Translations under genes and position numbers: made by a program
Source: Escherichia coli
Lineage (GTDB): Bacteria > Pseudomonadota > Gammaproteobacteria > Enterobacterales > Enterobacteriaceae
Direction: 5' to 3' (one strand)
DNA: 64,000 bases
NCBI RefSeq assembly: GCF_003019035.1
Contig: NZ_CP027447.1
Shown here: positions 1-11,808 of the stretch, piece after piece
Position numbering within the stretch: position 1 is the stretch's first letter
How the letters are laid out: each line of letters starts with the position of its first letter
The notes under the pieces: generated by a model
Told to the model about the DNA's origin: nothing
Database searches by the model: none
What the model saw: the letters and a program-made list of their open reading frames with translations, nothing else

Positions 1-255
1 GGCGCATAATATTAAGGGATTTTATGTAAAGAGGCTATCTTACTAATATTTAATGACATTTGCCATTACCGTTTGTGTTCAGGGGTCGTAATGAGGGCCG
101 TGTGGTTGGTCGTTGAACAGGTGACGTCGCCATCTGTTCAACATTCGTACCCGTGATTTCTCTATAACTATAACTCACAGAACAACTTAGCGAGGAGCAG
201 AGCGGTACGATCGTGAGAAACCCATTAAAGCACGCTGCAGTGCGTGTCATTTTTA

Positions 256-286
256 GCCGGATGCGGCGTGAACGCTTTATCCGGGC
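256..286. repeat. REP (repetitive extragenic palindromic) element
   Basis: GCCGGATGCGGCGTGAACGC...TTATCCGGGC palindromic motif typical of enterobacterial REP, in intergenic DNA upstream of ymjA. Confidence 0.6.
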
Positions 287-319
287 AACGATACTGACCG
301 ATCGTCTGCAATTAAATAA

Positions 320-565
320 TTACTCATTACCCCATTGATTCAAAAACTCTGCGATCTCATCAATGCGTACGGGATTAATCCCCGCTTCAGCAGCCATTTC
401 ATGTTGGGCTTCTTCACTGATCTCTTCATTGTTCATCAAACGGGTGAGCAGTAACTGGAAGTAGTGGGCCAGCGGTGTGCGTTCAGCGTCTGCGACAGGC
501 TCTGCGCATTCGGTCGCGTACTCATCGGCAATATCAAAATATTTTAGCGGGATATCGTGGTTCAT
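320..565 (-). CDS. ymjA: small conserved protein of unknown function (DUF2543-like)
   Basis: 81-aa ORF at the conserved position upstream of puuP; sequence [19 protein letters not shown]... recognised. Confidence 0.75.
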   Translation of the reverse strand: MNHDIPLKYFDIADEYATECAEPVADAERTPLAHYFQLLLTRLMNNEEISEEAQHEMAAEAGINPVRIDEIAEFLNQWGNE

Positions 566-698
566 TATTTGCCCCTGGGGTTAATGCGCTAAGCATAAGG
601 GCGGATGATAGCACTCGTGATCCGGGTCATACATCTTTTTATAGTTAATGGCGCGGTGCATTACCCTCAGCCAGGATAATGCGCCGCGCATCCGACTA

Positions 699-2084
699 TT
701 ACGTTTCGCTCACCGGCGTTCTGTCACCATCATACAACGGCACTTTGCGATAGCGGCGGATCAGATACCACAAATATGCGCCGCCTAACGAAGCCCATAC
801 CAGACCGAGTGTCAGTGACGTTGACTCGAGGTTAACCCACAGCACACCCACCGTCAGCGCGCCAACCAGCGGCATCAGCAAATAGTGGAAGTGATCCTTC
901 CAGCTTTTATTCATTCCTTTACGCCGCCAGAAATGATTAAACACCGACAGATTTACGAAGGTAAATGCCACCAGAGCACCGAAGTTAATCAATGCTGTGG
1001 CGGTAACTAAATCGAAGAACAGCGCCGACAACGCGACAATCCCGACCATAATGACGTTCAGTGCCGGAGTCCGCCATTTCGGGTGCACATAGCCAAACAC
1101 GCGCTCCGGAAACACATTGTCACGCCCCATCACATACAGCAGACGCGACACGCTGGCGTGCGACGCCAGGCCAGACGCTAACGTGTTCACAAACGTGGTA
1201 CAGAGGAAAATCGACTGGAAGAGCTTGCCGCCGACGTACAGCGCAATCTCAGGCAGTGCGGCGTCCGGGTCTTTAAAGCGGCTGATATCAGGAAAGAACA
1301 GCTGCATAAAGAACGACGCAGCGATAAAGATAACGCCGCCGTATACCGCCGTCAGGAAGATGGCTTTCGGGATCACGCGTGCGGCGTCCGGCGTCTCTTC
1401 CGAAAGCGTGGTCACCGCATCGAAACCGAGGAAGGAGAAACAGACAATCGTCGCCCCGGTAATAATCGGGATCAGGTGCGCGTTCTCGCTGATAAACGGC
1501 TGAAGTGACCAGACGGTGCCAACGCCTTCTCCTTTATGCAGTCCCTGAACCACCAGGAAGATAAACACCACCATGATGGAGATTTGCACCAGTACAAACA
1601 GGGTATTGAAGTTAGCAACCAGGTTGACGCTCTTCAGATTCGCGGCGGTTAAAATGGCGACGAAGGTTACCACCCACACCCACGGCGGCACTTCCGGGAA
1701 GAGGGCGGAGAGATAGATTTTCGCCAACAAGACGTTGATCATCGGCAAAAAGAGATAATCCAGCAGCGATGACCAGCCGACCATAAATCCGACGTGCGGG
1801 TTAATCGACTTTTGCGCGTAGGTATAGGCCGAACCGGCTTCCGGAAACTGGCGAACCAGTTTGCCGTAGCTGATAGCGGTAAACAGCACGCCCGCCAGCG
1901 CCAGCAAATAGGACGCCGGAACGTGACCGTCGCTAATGCCGGAGACAATACCAAAAGTATCAAATACGGTCATCGGCGTGAGATAGGCCAGACCCATCAT
2001 CACCACCTGCCACAATTTCAGTGATTTTCGCAGACGGGTTTTGCCAGATTGCGCAGCAATAGTCAGTGGTGAATTAATAGCCAT
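699..2084 (-). CDS. puuP: putrescine importer, APC-family amino acid/polyamine permease
   Basis: 461-aa multi-TM permease; start set at MAINSPL (ATG 2082-2084 preceded by GGAGG) rather than the extended ORF start. Confidence 0.9.
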   Translation of the reverse strand: MAINSPLTIAAQSGKTRLRKSLKLWQVVMMGLAYLTPMTVFDTFGIVSGISDGHVPASYLLALAGVLFTAISYGKLVRQFPEAGSAYTYAQKSINPHVGFMVGWSSLLDYLFLPMINVLLAKIYLSALFPEVPPWVWVVTFVAILTAANLKSVNLVANFNTLFVLVQISIMVVFIFLVVQGLHKGEGVGTVWSLQPFISENAHLIPIITGATIVCFSFLGFDAVTTLSEETPDAARVIPKAIFLTAVYGGVIFIAASFFMQLFFPDISRFKDPDAALPEIALYVGGKLFQSIFLCTTFVNTLASGLASHASVSRLLYVMGRDNVFPERVFGYVHPKWRTPALNVIMVGIVALSALFFDLVTATALINFGALVAFTFVNLSVFNHFWRRKGMNKSWKDHFHYLLMPLVGALTVGVLWVNLESTSLTLGLVWASLGGAYLWYLIRRYRKVPLYDGDRTPVSET

Positions 2085-2386
2085 AGTTGCTGCCTCCCCT
2101 GCGTAATAAGGTTTGCGGTCGTGTCGACCTGAAATCAAACCTGTTTAGCAAGGGAAGCAAAGGGGGCGGAGTCCAGTCAGTCGCAGGAGGGGCGCATACG
2201 CAGCCTCCCTCGCCATGCGGGGATTTAATCATCGGCATCATCTCATTTCCTCGTCACAGTCTTAATCGTTAACGGAAGCCCGTTGCCGCCTGCGCTCCAT
2301 AACGCGACATCCGGGAAATGTCTGGATTACCAGCAAATGTCAGGCCTGGCTCCGCTCAGGCCGATGAAACAACCCCGCAAGGGGTA

Positions 2387-3805
2387 TTACGCGTTTTTCA
2401 ACATCCACTCAATTTCTGTTTCTGTGATGAGGCGCTCAAACTGCAACAGCTCATCATTTTTACAGGCGTGATAGACATGGCAGAAGCGTTCGCCTAAATA
2501 GCGGCGCAGGTGATCATTCTCGATAAACTCACCCAGGGCGTCGCTCTGGCGAATCGGGAAGGGTAAGCCTTCCTGTTCCAGCCCGTTACCTTCGACTTCT
2601 TCCTGTAATGGCAGTTCGTTATCAAGGCCATGCAAAATGCCGGCAAAAATCGCCGCCATCACCAGATACGGGTTGGCATCGGCACCCGCCACGCGATATT
2701 CCACGCGGTGATTATGGCGATCGCCGCAGGGAATACGCAGGGCGACGGTGCGGTTGTTATGGCCCCACGACGCCTGCGTCGGTACATACATCCCCGGCTG
2801 GAAGCGGCGATACGAGTTCACGTTTGGTGCCAGCAACGCCATTGATGACGGCATCAGGTCAATCATCCCGGCAAGCATCTTTTTCAGCAGCGGCGAATCT
2901 TCGCCTTCCGCGTCAGAAAGCACGTTCTCGCCACGGTTATTTTGCATACTGATATGGATATGCATCCCGCTGCCCGCGTGCTCTTCATACGGCTTCGCCA
3001 TAAAAGTGGCGTGCATCTTATGCTTTTCTGCCATCAGACGCACCAGGCGTTTTAGTGCCAGCGCATCATCGCAAGCTTCCAGCACGTTATCGGTATGGTA
3101 AAGATTGATTTCAAACTGACCCGGCGAGGCCTCAGCGACCGCGCCATCTGCCGGAATCAGCTGTAACTGCGCCAGTTCATCAATATCATTGAGCACGTCG
3201 GCGAAGTGGTTGAGATTATCAACGGAGTAAACCTGGCTTTGTGTATTGCGGTCATCGGTGCCGGGCGCGCAGGGCGGTTGCAGATACCCTTCAGCGTCGC
3301 GCTGGCGATCCAGTAAATAGAACTCCAGCTCTACCGCTACGACCGGGAACAATCCGCGCTGGCGCAGCTGCTGCCACAGGCGGTTAAGAACGTTCCGCGG
3401 CTCAACGTCAAAGGGAGCGCCATCTTCATCGACCATGGTCAGGAGCATCTGACCTATAAACTCTGGATCGGCGGCAGAAGGGGTTAAGGAACCGAGAACA
3501 GGAACACAGGTACGATCCGGTTCGCCCATTTCCTGACCCAGACCCGCTTCTTCAACTACGTTGCCCAGAATATCCATTGCAAATACCGAGGCCGGGAAAT
3601 AACACCCTTTCTCGAGCTTCTTCAGGCTTGAAACAGGAATACGTTTTCCACGGAAGCAACCATTCAAATCGGTAAGTAAAACATCAACATATTGCGTATT
3701 CGGGTAGCGCTCCAGGTAGCGTTTCACTTCCTGCGTAAAGGCGCTACCCCGCCTCTCTTCTGACTGCTGAACAAAGTTCTCTACTTCAACGATATTGGTT
3801 TCCAT
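2387..3805 (-). CDS. puuA: gamma-glutamylputrescine synthetase (glutamine synthetase family)
   Basis: 472 aa from METNIVEVENF; GS-type catalytic domain; upstream of puuP on the same strand. Confidence 0.9.
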   Translation of the reverse strand: METNIVEVENFVQQSEERRGSAFTQEVKRYLERYPNTQYVDVLLTDLNGCFRGKRIPVSSLKKLEKGCYFPASVFAMDILGNVVEEAGLGQEMGEPDRTCVPVLGSLTPSAADPEFIGQMLLTMVDEDGAPFDVEPRNVLNRLWQQLRQRGLFPVVAVELEFYLLDRQRDAEGYLQPPCAPGTDDRNTQSQVYSVDNLNHFADVLNDIDELAQLQLIPADGAVAEASPGQFEINLYHTDNVLEACDDALALKRLVRLMAEKHKMHATFMAKPYEEHAGSGMHIHISMQNNRGENVLSDAEGEDSPLLKKMLAGMIDLMPSSMALLAPNVNSYRRFQPGMYVPTQASWGHNNRTVALRIPCGDRHNHRVEYRVAGADANPYLVMAAIFAGILHGLDNELPLQEEVEGNGLEQEGLPFPIRQSDALGEFIENDHLRRYLGERFCHVYHACKNDELLQFERLITETEIEWMLKNA

Positions 3806-4016
3806 GATTCTTCGCCTTTGGTTTGTTTTCCGCTCGTTATCAAAGCGTAAAATATAATGACCACCATTCGAATCTGTATGCAAACTAAATGTTTGTTAAA
3901 TGTTAAATTGAGTTTGCAAAAATGAAAACCCACTGCTAGATTGAAAAAATATTGAACATAAAGGTCATTTAAAGCGTAGTAATGGCGATAATTTAGTCCA
4001 CTTTGTGAGATTGAGC
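3806..4016. promoter_or_regulatory. divergent puuA / puuD promoter-operator region (expected PuuR target)
   Basis: AT-rich 211-bp gap between divergently oriented puuA and puuD; exact operator not located. Confidence 0.4.
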
Positions 4017-4781
4017 ATGGAAAATATAATGAACAATCCGGTTATCGGTGTCGTAATGTGCAGGAACAGGCTTAAGGGCCATGCGACCCAGACTCTGCAA
4101 GAAAAGTACCTGAATGCCATCATCCACGCAGGCGGTTTGCCAATAGCGCTACCACATGCGCTGGCGGAACCGTCGTTACTTGAACAACTTTTGCCGAAAC
4201 TCGATGGTATTTATCTTCCTGGTAGTCCCAGCAATGTGCAGCCGCACCTATATGGTGAAAACGGCGATGAGCCTGACGCCGATCCCGGGCGTGATCTTCT
4301 GAGCATGGCGTTAATTAATGCCGCACTCGAAAGGCGCATCCCCATTTTCGCCATCTGCCGGGGTTTACAGGAACTGGTGGTGGCAACCGGTGGTTCGTTG
4401 CATCGCAAGCTGTGCGAACAGCCTGAATTGCTGGAACATCGGGAAGATCCCGAACTGCCGGTGGAGCAGCAATATGCACCGTCGCATGAAGTTCAGGTTG
4501 AAGAGGGGGGATTGCTGTCTGCGTTGTTACCTGAATGTAGCAACTTTTGGGTAAACTCTCTGCATGGACAAGGGGCGAAGGTCGTTAGCCCACGGTTGCG
4601 TGTTGAAGCTCGCTCGCCGGATGGCTTAGTTGAGGCGGTTAGCGTCATCAATCATCCTTTTGCGCTGGGCGTACAGTGGCACCCGGAATGGAACAGTAGC
4701 GAGTACGCGCTTTCGCGTATATTGTTCGAGGGCTTTATCACCGCTTGTCAGCACCATATCGCTGAAAAACAGCGACTCTGA
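4017..4781 (+). CDS. puuD: gamma-glutamyl-GABA hydrolase (class I glutamine amidotransferase-like)
   Basis: 254 aa from MENIMNNPVIGVVM; catalytic Cys in AICRGLQ motif. Confidence 0.9.
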   Translation: MENIMNNPVIGVVMCRNRLKGHATQTLQEKYLNAIIHAGGLPIALPHALAEPSLLEQLLPKLDGIYLPGSPSNVQPHLYGENGDEPDADPGRDLLSMALINAALERRIPIFAICRGLQELVVATGGSLHRKLCEQPELLEHREDPELPVEQQYAPSHEVQVEEGGLLSALLPECSNFWVNSLHGQGAKVVSPRLRVEARSPDGLVEAVSVINHPFALGVQWHPEWNSSEYALSRILFEGFITACQHHIAEKQRL

Positions 4782-4807
4782 CCACTACAGTTTAAGGAAA
4801 TGCAAAT

Positions 4808-5365
4808 ATGAGTGATGAGGGACTGGCGCCAGGAAAACGCTTGTCGGAAATCCGCCAGCAGCAGGGGCTTTCACAACGTCGTGCCGCCGAACTCTCCGGG
4901 CTGACTCACAGTGCTATCAGTACGATAGAACAAGATAAAGTCAGCCCTGCCATCAGTACGCTGCAAAAGCTGCTGAAGGTGTATGGTCTGTCACTCTCGG
5001 AATTCTTTTCCGAGCCGGAAAAACCTGATGAGCCGCAGGTCGTCATTAATCAGGACGACTTAATTGAGATGGGCAGTCAGGGTGTGTCAATGAAGCTGGT
5101 TCATAACGGTAACCCGAATCGCACGCTGGCGATGATCTTTGAAACTTACCAGCCGGGCACAACCACTGGGGAAAGAATTAAGCATCAGGGTGAGGAAATA
5201 GGCACTGTACTGGAAGGTGAAATTGTTCTGACCATTAATGGTCAGGATTATCATCTCGTCGCGGGGCAAAGTTATGCCATTAATACCGGCATCCCGCACA
5301 GTTTCAGTAATACGTCGGCAGGTATTTGCCGAATTATCAGCGCCCATACGCCCACCACGTTTTAA
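4808..5365 (+). CDS. puuR: HTH (XRE) + cupin transcriptional repressor of the puu genes
   Basis: 185 aa; N-terminal HTH (LSQRRAAELSGLTHSAISTIEQ), C-terminal cupin. Confidence 0.9.
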   Translation: MSDEGLAPGKRLSEIRQQQGLSQRRAAELSGLTHSAISTIEQDKVSPAISTLQKLLKVYGLSLSEFFSEPEKPDEPQVVINQDDLIEMGSQGVSMKLVHNGNPNRTLAMIFETYQPGTTTGERIKHQGEEIGTVLEGEIVLTINGQDYHLVAGQSYAINTGIPHSFSNTSAGICRIISAHTPTTF

Positions 5366-5514
5366 TCTTTTTGTTCTGTAAGCCGGGTAAGCGCAATGCG
5401 CCCGGCAATCCATAAAGAATGTCGCCAGAAATAAACGGGCATACGGCCCGGGGATCTCTGCGCCCTGACGTTCACAAACTGCATATATCTGATAGACGTG
5501 AAACAGGAGTCATA

Positions 5515-7002
5515 ATGAATTTTTATCATCTGGCTTACTGGCAGGATAAAGCGTTAAGTCTCGCCATTGAAACCCGCTTATTTATTAACGGTGAATATAC
5601 TGCTGCGGAGGAAAATGAAACTTTTGAAACCGTTGATCCGGTCACCCAGGCACCGCTGGCGAAAATTGCCCGCGGCAAGAGCGTCGATATCGACCGTGCG
5701 GTGAGCGCAGCACGCGGCGTATTTGAACGCGGCGACTGGTCACTCTCTTCTCCGGCTAAACGTAAAGCGGTACTGAATAAACTCGCCGATTTAATGGAAG
5801 CCAACGCCGAAGAGCTGGCACTGCTGGAAACGCTCGACACCGGCAAACCGATTCGTCACAGCCTGCGTGATGATATTCCCGGCGCGGCGCGCGCCATTCG
5901 CTGGTACGCCGAAGCGATCGACAAAGTGTATGGCGAAGTGGCGACCACCAGTAGCCATGAGCTGGCGATGATCGTGCGTGAACCGGTCGGCGTGATTGCC
6001 GCCATCGTGCCGTGGAACTTCCCGCTGCTGCTGACTTGCTGGAAACTCGGCCCGGCGCTGGCGGCGGGAAACAGCGTGATTCTAAAACCGTCTGAAAAAT
6101 CACCGCTCAGTGCGATTCGTCTCGCGGGGCTGGCGAAAGAAGCGGGGCTGCCGGATGGTGTGTTGAACGTGGTGACGGGTTTTGGTCATGAAGCCGGGCA
6201 GGCGCTTTCGCGCCATAACGATATCGATGCCATTGCCTTTACTGGCTCAACCCGCACCGGGAAACAGCTGCTGAAGGACGCGGGCGACAGCAACATGAAA
6301 CGCGTCTGGCTGGAGGCGGGCGGCAAAAGCGCCAACATCGTTTTCGCCGACTGCCCGAATTTGCAACAGGCGGCAAGCGCCACCGCCGCAGGCATTTTCT
6401 ACAACCAGGGCCAGGTGTGCATCGCCGGAACGCGTTTGTTGCTGGAAGAGAGCATCGCCGATGAATTCTTAGCCCTGTTAAAACAGCAGGCGCAAAACTG
6501 GCAGCCGGGCCATCCACTTGATCCCGCAACCACCATGGGCACCTTAATCGACTGCGCCCACGCCGACTCGGTCCATAGCTTTATTCGGGAAGGCGAAAGC
6601 AAAGGGCAACTGCTGCTGGATGGCCGTAACGCCGAGCTGGCTGCCGCCATCGGCCCGACCATCTTTGTGGAGGTAGACCCGAATGCGTCCTTAAGCCGCG
6701 AAGAGATTTTCGGTCCGGTGCTGGTGGTCACGCGTTTCACATCAGAAGAACAGGCGCTACAGCTTGCCAACGACAGCCAGTACGGACTTGGCGCGGCGGT
6801 ATGGACGCGCGACCTCTCCCGCGCGCACCGCATGAGTCGCCGCCTGAAAGCCGGCTCCGTCTTCGTCAATAACTACAACGACGGCGATATGACCGTGCCG
6901 TTTGGCGGCTATAAGCAGAGCGGCAACGGGCGCGACAAATCCCTGCACGCCCTTGAAAAATTCACCGAACTGAAAACTATCTGGATAAGCCTGGAGGCCT
7001 GA
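5515..7002 (+). CDS. puuC: gamma-glutamyl-gamma-aminobutyraldehyde dehydrogenase (NAD(P)-aldehyde dehydrogenase)
   Basis: 495 aa from MNFYHLAYWQDK; ALDH motifs (catalytic Cys in GQVCIAG; ELGGKSA-like EAGGKSA). Confidence 0.9.
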   Translation: MNFYHLAYWQDKALSLAIETRLFINGEYTAAEENETFETVDPVTQAPLAKIARGKSVDIDRAVSAARGVFERGDWSLSSPAKRKAVLNKLADLMEANAEELALLETLDTGKPIRHSLRDDIPGAARAIRWYAEAIDKVYGEVATTSSHELAMIVREPVGVIAAIVPWNFPLLLTCWKLGPALAAGNSVILKPSEKSPLSAIRLAGLAKEAGLPDGVLNVVTGFGHEAGQALSRHNDIDAIAFTGSTRTGKQLLKDAGDSNMKRVWLEAGGKSANIVFADCPNLQQAASATAAGIFYNQGQVCIAGTRLLLEESIADEFLALLKQQAQNWQPGHPLDPATTMGTLIDCAHADSVHSFIREGESKGQLLLDGRNAELAAAIGPTIFVEVDPNASLSREEIFGPVLVVTRFTSEEQALQLANDSQYGLGAAVWTRDLSRAHRMSRRLKAGSVFVNNYNDGDMTVPFGGYKQSGNGRDKSLHALEKFTELKTIWISLEA

Positions 7003-7003
7003 A

Positions 7004-8284
7004 ATGACCGAACATACCAGCAGTTATTACGCCGCCAGTGCGAATAAATACGCACCATTCGACACGCTGAATGAGTCGATTTCCTGCGATGTTTGCGTGG
7101 TCGGCGGCGGCTATACCGGGCTTTCCTCCGCGCTGCATCTGGCGGAAGCGGGCTTTGATGTAGTGGTTCTCGAAGCCTCACGCATCGGCTTCGGCGCAAG
7201 CGGACGCAATGGCGGGCAGCTTGTGAACTCCTACAGCCGCGACATCGACGTGATCGAAAAAAGCTACGGCATGGACACCGCCCGTATGCTCGGCAGCATG
7301 ATGTTTGAAGGCGGAGAGATCATCCGCGAACGTATCAAACGTTATCAGATTGACTGCGACTACCGCCCCGGCGGCCTGTTTGTGGCGATGAATGATAAAC
7401 AGCTCGCCACACTCGAAGAGCAGAAAGAGAACTGGGAACGCTACGGCAATAAACAGCTGGAGCTGCTGGACGCCAACGCTATTCGCCGCGAGGTCGCCAG
7501 CGATCGCTACACTGGTGCGCTGCTGGATCACAGCGGTGGGCATATTCATCCGCTAAACCTCGCCATTGGCGAAGCGGACGCCATCCGCCTGAACGGCGGG
7601 CGCGTGTATGAACTTTCTGCCGTGACGCAGATCCAGCACACCACGCCAGCCGTTGTGCGAACTGCCAAAGGTCAGGTGACGGCGAAATACGTGATTGTCG
7701 CCGGGAATGCGTATCTGGGCGATAAAGTAGAGCCGGAACTAGCGAAACGCAGCATGCCGTGCGGCACGCAGGTGATCACCACCGAACGGCTGTCGGAAGA
7801 TTTAGCCCGTTCGCTGATCCCGAAAAACTACTGTGTGGAAGACTGTAACTATCTGCTTGATTACTACCGCCTGACTGCCGATAACCGCCTGCTGTACGGC
7901 GGCGGAGTGGTCTACGGCGCACGCGACCCGGACGATGTTGAGCGCCTTGTGGTGCCGAAACTGCTGAAAACCTTCCCGCAACTGAAGGGCGTGAAAATTG
8001 ATTACCGCTGGACGGGCAACTTCCTGCTGACCCTGTCACGCATGCCGCAGTTTGGTCGCCTCGATACCAACATCTACTACATGCAGGGCTACAGCGGCCA
8101 CGGCGTCACCTGTACCCACCTCGCCGGGCGTTTGATTGCTGAACTGCTGCGCGGTGACGCCGAGCGTTTCGACGCCTTCGCCAATCTGCCGCATTACCCG
8201 TTCCCCGGCGGGCGCACGCTGCGCGTGCCATTTACCGCGATGGGCGCGGCTTATTACAGCCTGCGCGATCGTCTGGGCGTTTAA
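7004..8284 (+). CDS. puuB: gamma-glutamylputrescine oxidase (FAD-dependent)
   Basis: 426 aa; N-terminal FAD fold VCVVGGGYTGLSSA; starts 1 nt after puuC stop. Confidence 0.9.
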   Translation: MTEHTSSYYAASANKYAPFDTLNESISCDVCVVGGGYTGLSSALHLAEAGFDVVVLEASRIGFGASGRNGGQLVNSYSRDIDVIEKSYGMDTARMLGSMMFEGGEIIRERIKRYQIDCDYRPGGLFVAMNDKQLATLEEQKENWERYGNKQLELLDANAIRREVASDRYTGALLDHSGGHIHPLNLAIGEADAIRLNGGRVYELSAVTQIQHTTPAVVRTAKGQVTAKYVIVAGNAYLGDKVEPELAKRSMPCGTQVITTERLSEDLARSLIPKNYCVEDCNYLLDYYRLTADNRLLYGGGVVYGARDPDDVERLVVPKLLKTFPQLKGVKIDYRWTGNFLLTLSRMPQFGRLDTNIYYMQGYSGHGVTCTHLAGRLIAELLRGDAERFDAFANLPHYPFPGGRTLRVPFTAMGAAYYSLRDRLGV

Positions 8285-8321
8285 TTTCCGATTAACAGTG
8301 AAGAGTCAAAAGGTGTGAAAC

Positions 8322-9587
8322 ATGAGCAACAATGAATTCCATCAGCGTCGTCTTTCTGCTACCCCACGCGGGGTTGGCGTGATGTGTAACTTCTTCGCCC
8401 AGTCGGCAGAAAACGCTACGCTGAAGGACGTAGAGGGCAACGAATACATCGATTTCGCCGCAGGCATTGCGGTGCTGAATACCGGGCATCGCCACCCTGA
8501 TCTGGTCGCGGCGGTGGAGCAGCAATTGCAACAGTTTACCCACACGGCGTATCAGATTGTGCCGTACGAAAGCTACGTCACGCTGGCGGAGAAAATTAAC
8601 GCCCTTGCCCCAGTGAGCGGGCAGGCTAAAACCGCATTCTTCACTACCGGCGCGGAAGCGGTGGAAAACGCGGTGAAAATTGCTCGCGCCCATACCGGAC
8701 GACCTGGCGTGATTGCGTTTAGCGGCGGCTTCCACGGTCGTACATATATGACCATGGCGCTGACCGGAAAAGTTGCGCCGTACAAAATCGGCTTCGGCCC
8801 GTTCCCTGGTTCGGTGTATCACGTACCTTATCCGTCAGATTTACACGGCATTTCAACACAGGACTCCCTCGACGCCATCGAACGCTTGTTTAAATCAGAC
8901 ATCGAAGCGAAGCAGGTGGCGGCGATTATTTTCGAACCGGTGCAGGGCGAGGGCGGTTTCAACGTTGCGCCAAAAGAGCTGGTTGCCGCCATTCGCCGCC
9001 TGTGCGACGAGCACGGCATTGTGATGATTGCCGATGAAGTGCAAAGCGGCTTTGCGCGTACCGGTAAACTGTTTGCCATGGATCATTACGTCGATAAGCC
9101 GGATTTAATGACGATGGCGAAAAGCCTCGCGGGCGGGATGCCGCTTTCGGGCGTGGTCGGTAACGCGAATATTATGGACGCGCCCGCGCCGGGCGGGTTG
9201 GGTGGCACCTACGCCGGGAACCCGCTGGCGGTGGCTGCCGCGCACGCGGTGCTCAATATTATCGACAAAGAATCACTCTGCGAACGCGCGAATCAACTGG
9301 GCCAGCGTCTCAAAAACACGTTGATTGATGCCAAAGAAAGCGTTCCGGCCATTGCTGCGGTACGCGGCCTGGGGTCGATGATTGCGGCAGAGTTTAACGA
9401 TCCGCAAACGGGCGAGCCGTCAGCGGCGATTGCACAGAAAATCCAGCAACGCGCGCTGGCGCAGGGGCTGCTTCTGCTGACCTGTGGCGCATACGGCAAC
9501 GTGATTCGTTTCCTGTATCCGCTGACCATCCTGGATGCGCAATTCGATGCGGCAATGAAAATTTTGCAGGATGCGCTGAAAGATTAA
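8322..9587 (+). CDS. puuE: 4-aminobutyrate aminotransferase (PLP-dependent class III)
   Basis: 421 aa; class-III aminotransferase signature incl. MTMAKSLAGG lysine region. Confidence 0.9.
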   Translation: MSNNEFHQRRLSATPRGVGVMCNFFAQSAENATLKDVEGNEYIDFAAGIAVLNTGHRHPDLVAAVEQQLQQFTHTAYQIVPYESYVTLAEKINALAPVSGQAKTAFFTTGAEAVENAVKIARAHTGRPGVIAFSGGFHGRTYMTMALTGKVAPYKIGFGPFPGSVYHVPYPSDLHGISTQDSLDAIERLFKSDIEAKQVAAIIFEPVQGEGGFNVAPKELVAAIRRLCDEHGIVMIADEVQSGFARTGKLFAMDHYVDKPDLMTMAKSLAGGMPLSGVVGNANIMDAPAPGGLGGTYAGNPLAVAAAHAVLNIIDKESLCERANQLGQRLKNTLIDAKESVPAIAAVRGLGSMIAAEFNDPQTGEPSAAIAQKIQQRALAQGLLLLTCGAYGNVIRFLYPLTILDAQFDAAMKILQDALKD

Positions 9588-9627
9588 TACGCAGAAGCAG
9601 GGTCAACGCAATAATGTCTGATACGCT

Positions 9628-9698
9628 GCGCTTATCAGGCCTGCAAACGACGTATTGATTATGTATGCCGGATAAGGCGTTCACGCCGCATCCGGCAA
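9628..9698. repeat. REP/BIME cluster
   Basis: two REP-like palindromes (GCGCTTATCAGGCCTGC..., TGCCGGATAAGGCGTTCACGCCGCATCCGGCA) between convergent puuE and pspF. Confidence 0.6.
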
Positions 9699-9717
9699 GT
9701 TGTATTGCCCAACTTCG

Positions 9718-10695
9718 CTAAATCTGGTGCTTTTTCAACAACGCGCGGAACTGATGATAGGTTAACCCCAGTAATTCAGCCGCGCGCTTCTGGTTATATT
9801 TCCCTTGTTGCAAACTGAGTTGCAGCAACTCTTTTTCCTGCTGCATCTGAAACTCACGTAAATCCAGCGGCAGTGTTGGAAGCGAGGTGGTTTCTGAAAC
9901 GGCGATAGCGTCTTCAGGCGGACGCCGTTTAAAGGGATCAATAATGATGTCATCAAGCGGATAATCGCTGGTGCCGTGGCGATACACTGAACGTTCCACC
10001 ACGTTTTTCAATTCACGAATATTTCCCGGCCAACGATAATTCAGCAATGTTTCTCTGGCGCGCTCCGTAAAACCCGGGAACAGAGGCAGCTTGATTTCCC
10101 GACACATCTGAATGGCAAAGTGTTCTGCCATCAGCATAATGTCGCTTTCGCGCTCGCGCAGGGGCGGCAGTTGCACTACATCGAAAGCCAGCCGGTCGAG
10201 CAGGTCAGCGCGAAAAGTACCTTCATTGACCATCGCCGGGAGATCGGCATTCGTCGCGCATACCAACCGCACATTCACCTGCAATGGCTGGCTACCGCCA
10301 ACGCGCTCCAGTTCACCGTACTCAATCACACGCAATAATTTTTCCTGCACCATCATCGGTGCCGTAGCGAGTTCATCAAGAAATAGCGTACCGCCATCGG
10401 CACGTTCAAATCTCCCAGGATGACGTTTTTGCGCACCGGTAAACGCCCCCGCTTCGTGACCAAACAGTTCGGAATCCAGCAGATTTTCATTTAACGCCGC
10501 GCAGTTAAGGGAAATAAACGGCCCTTGCCAACGGGAGGAGAGATAATGCAGACGGCTGGCAATCAGCTCTTTACCTGTGCCGCGCTCGCCGATGATGAGC
10601 ACCGGTTTGTCCAGCGGTGCGAGATGCGAAACCTGTTCCAGCACTTCGAGAAAGCTGTTCGCCTCACCGAGTAAATTATCTTTGTATTCTGCCAT
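9718..10695 (-). CDS. pspF: sigma54-dependent activator of the psp operon (AAA+ bEBP lacking receiver domain)
   Basis: 325 aa from MAEYKDNLLGE; Walker A GERGTGKE, GAFTGA motif, C-terminal HTH. Confidence 0.92.
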   Translation of the reverse strand: MAEYKDNLLGEANSFLEVLEQVSHLAPLDKPVLIIGERGTGKELIASRLHYLSSRWQGPFISLNCAALNENLLDSELFGHEAGAFTGAQKRHPGRFERADGGTLFLDELATAPMMVQEKLLRVIEYGELERVGGSQPLQVNVRLVCATNADLPAMVNEGTFRADLLDRLAFDVVQLPPLRERESDIMLMAEHFAIQMCREIKLPLFPGFTERARETLLNYRWPGNIRELKNVVERSVYRHGTSDYPLDDIIIDPFKRRPPEDAIAVSETTSLPTLPLDLREFQMQQEKELLQLSLQQGKYNQKRAAELLGLTYHQFRALLKKHQI

Positions 10696-10789
10696 GATGA
10701 AATTCGCCACTTGTTAGTGTAATTCGCTAATTCATCCTGGCATGTTGCTGTTGATTCTTCAATCAGATCTTTATAAATCAAAAAGATAA

Positions 10790-11530
<741 letters not shown>

Positions 11531-11583
11531 TAACATCCAGGCGGCGTCCGAACGCGCCGCCGCTCATCGTCTAAGGAGTCCTT

Positions 11584-11808
11584 ATGAGCGCGCTATTTCT
11601 GGCTATTCCGTTAACCATTTTTGTGCTGTTTGTTTTACCGATCTGGTTATGGCTGCATTACAGCAATCGTTCTGGTCGCAGTGAATTGTCGCAAAGTGAG
11701 CAGCAGCGATTAGCGCAACTGGCTGATGAAGCAAAACGGATGCGCGAACGTATTCAGGCGCTGGAATCCATTCTTGATGCAGAACATCCGAACTGGAGGG
11801 ATCGCTAA
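11584..11808 (+). CDS. pspB: phage shock protein B (single-TM)
   Basis: 74 aa, N-terminal TM helix; operon position. Confidence 0.9.
   Translation: MSALFLAIPLTIFVLFVLPIWLWLHYSNRSGRSELSQSEQQRLAQLADEAKRMRERIQALESILDAEHPNWRDR

Noticed and set aside
50-250. 66-aa minus-strand ORF at the window start
   Set aside because: Lies in intergenic DNA containing a REP element, with no convincing RBS and Cys/Ser/Thr-rich low-complexity product; more likely non-coding.
1061-1503. Plus-strand ORFs of 71 and 128 aa inside puuP
   Set aside because: Antisense shadow ORFs within a well-supported permease gene; no RBS, biased low-complexity translation.
2608-3101. Three overlapping plus-strand ORFs (71-117 aa) inside puuA
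   Set aside because: Antisense to the glutamine-synthetase-family gene; Arg/Pro/Ser-rich translations typical of GC-rich shadow frames.
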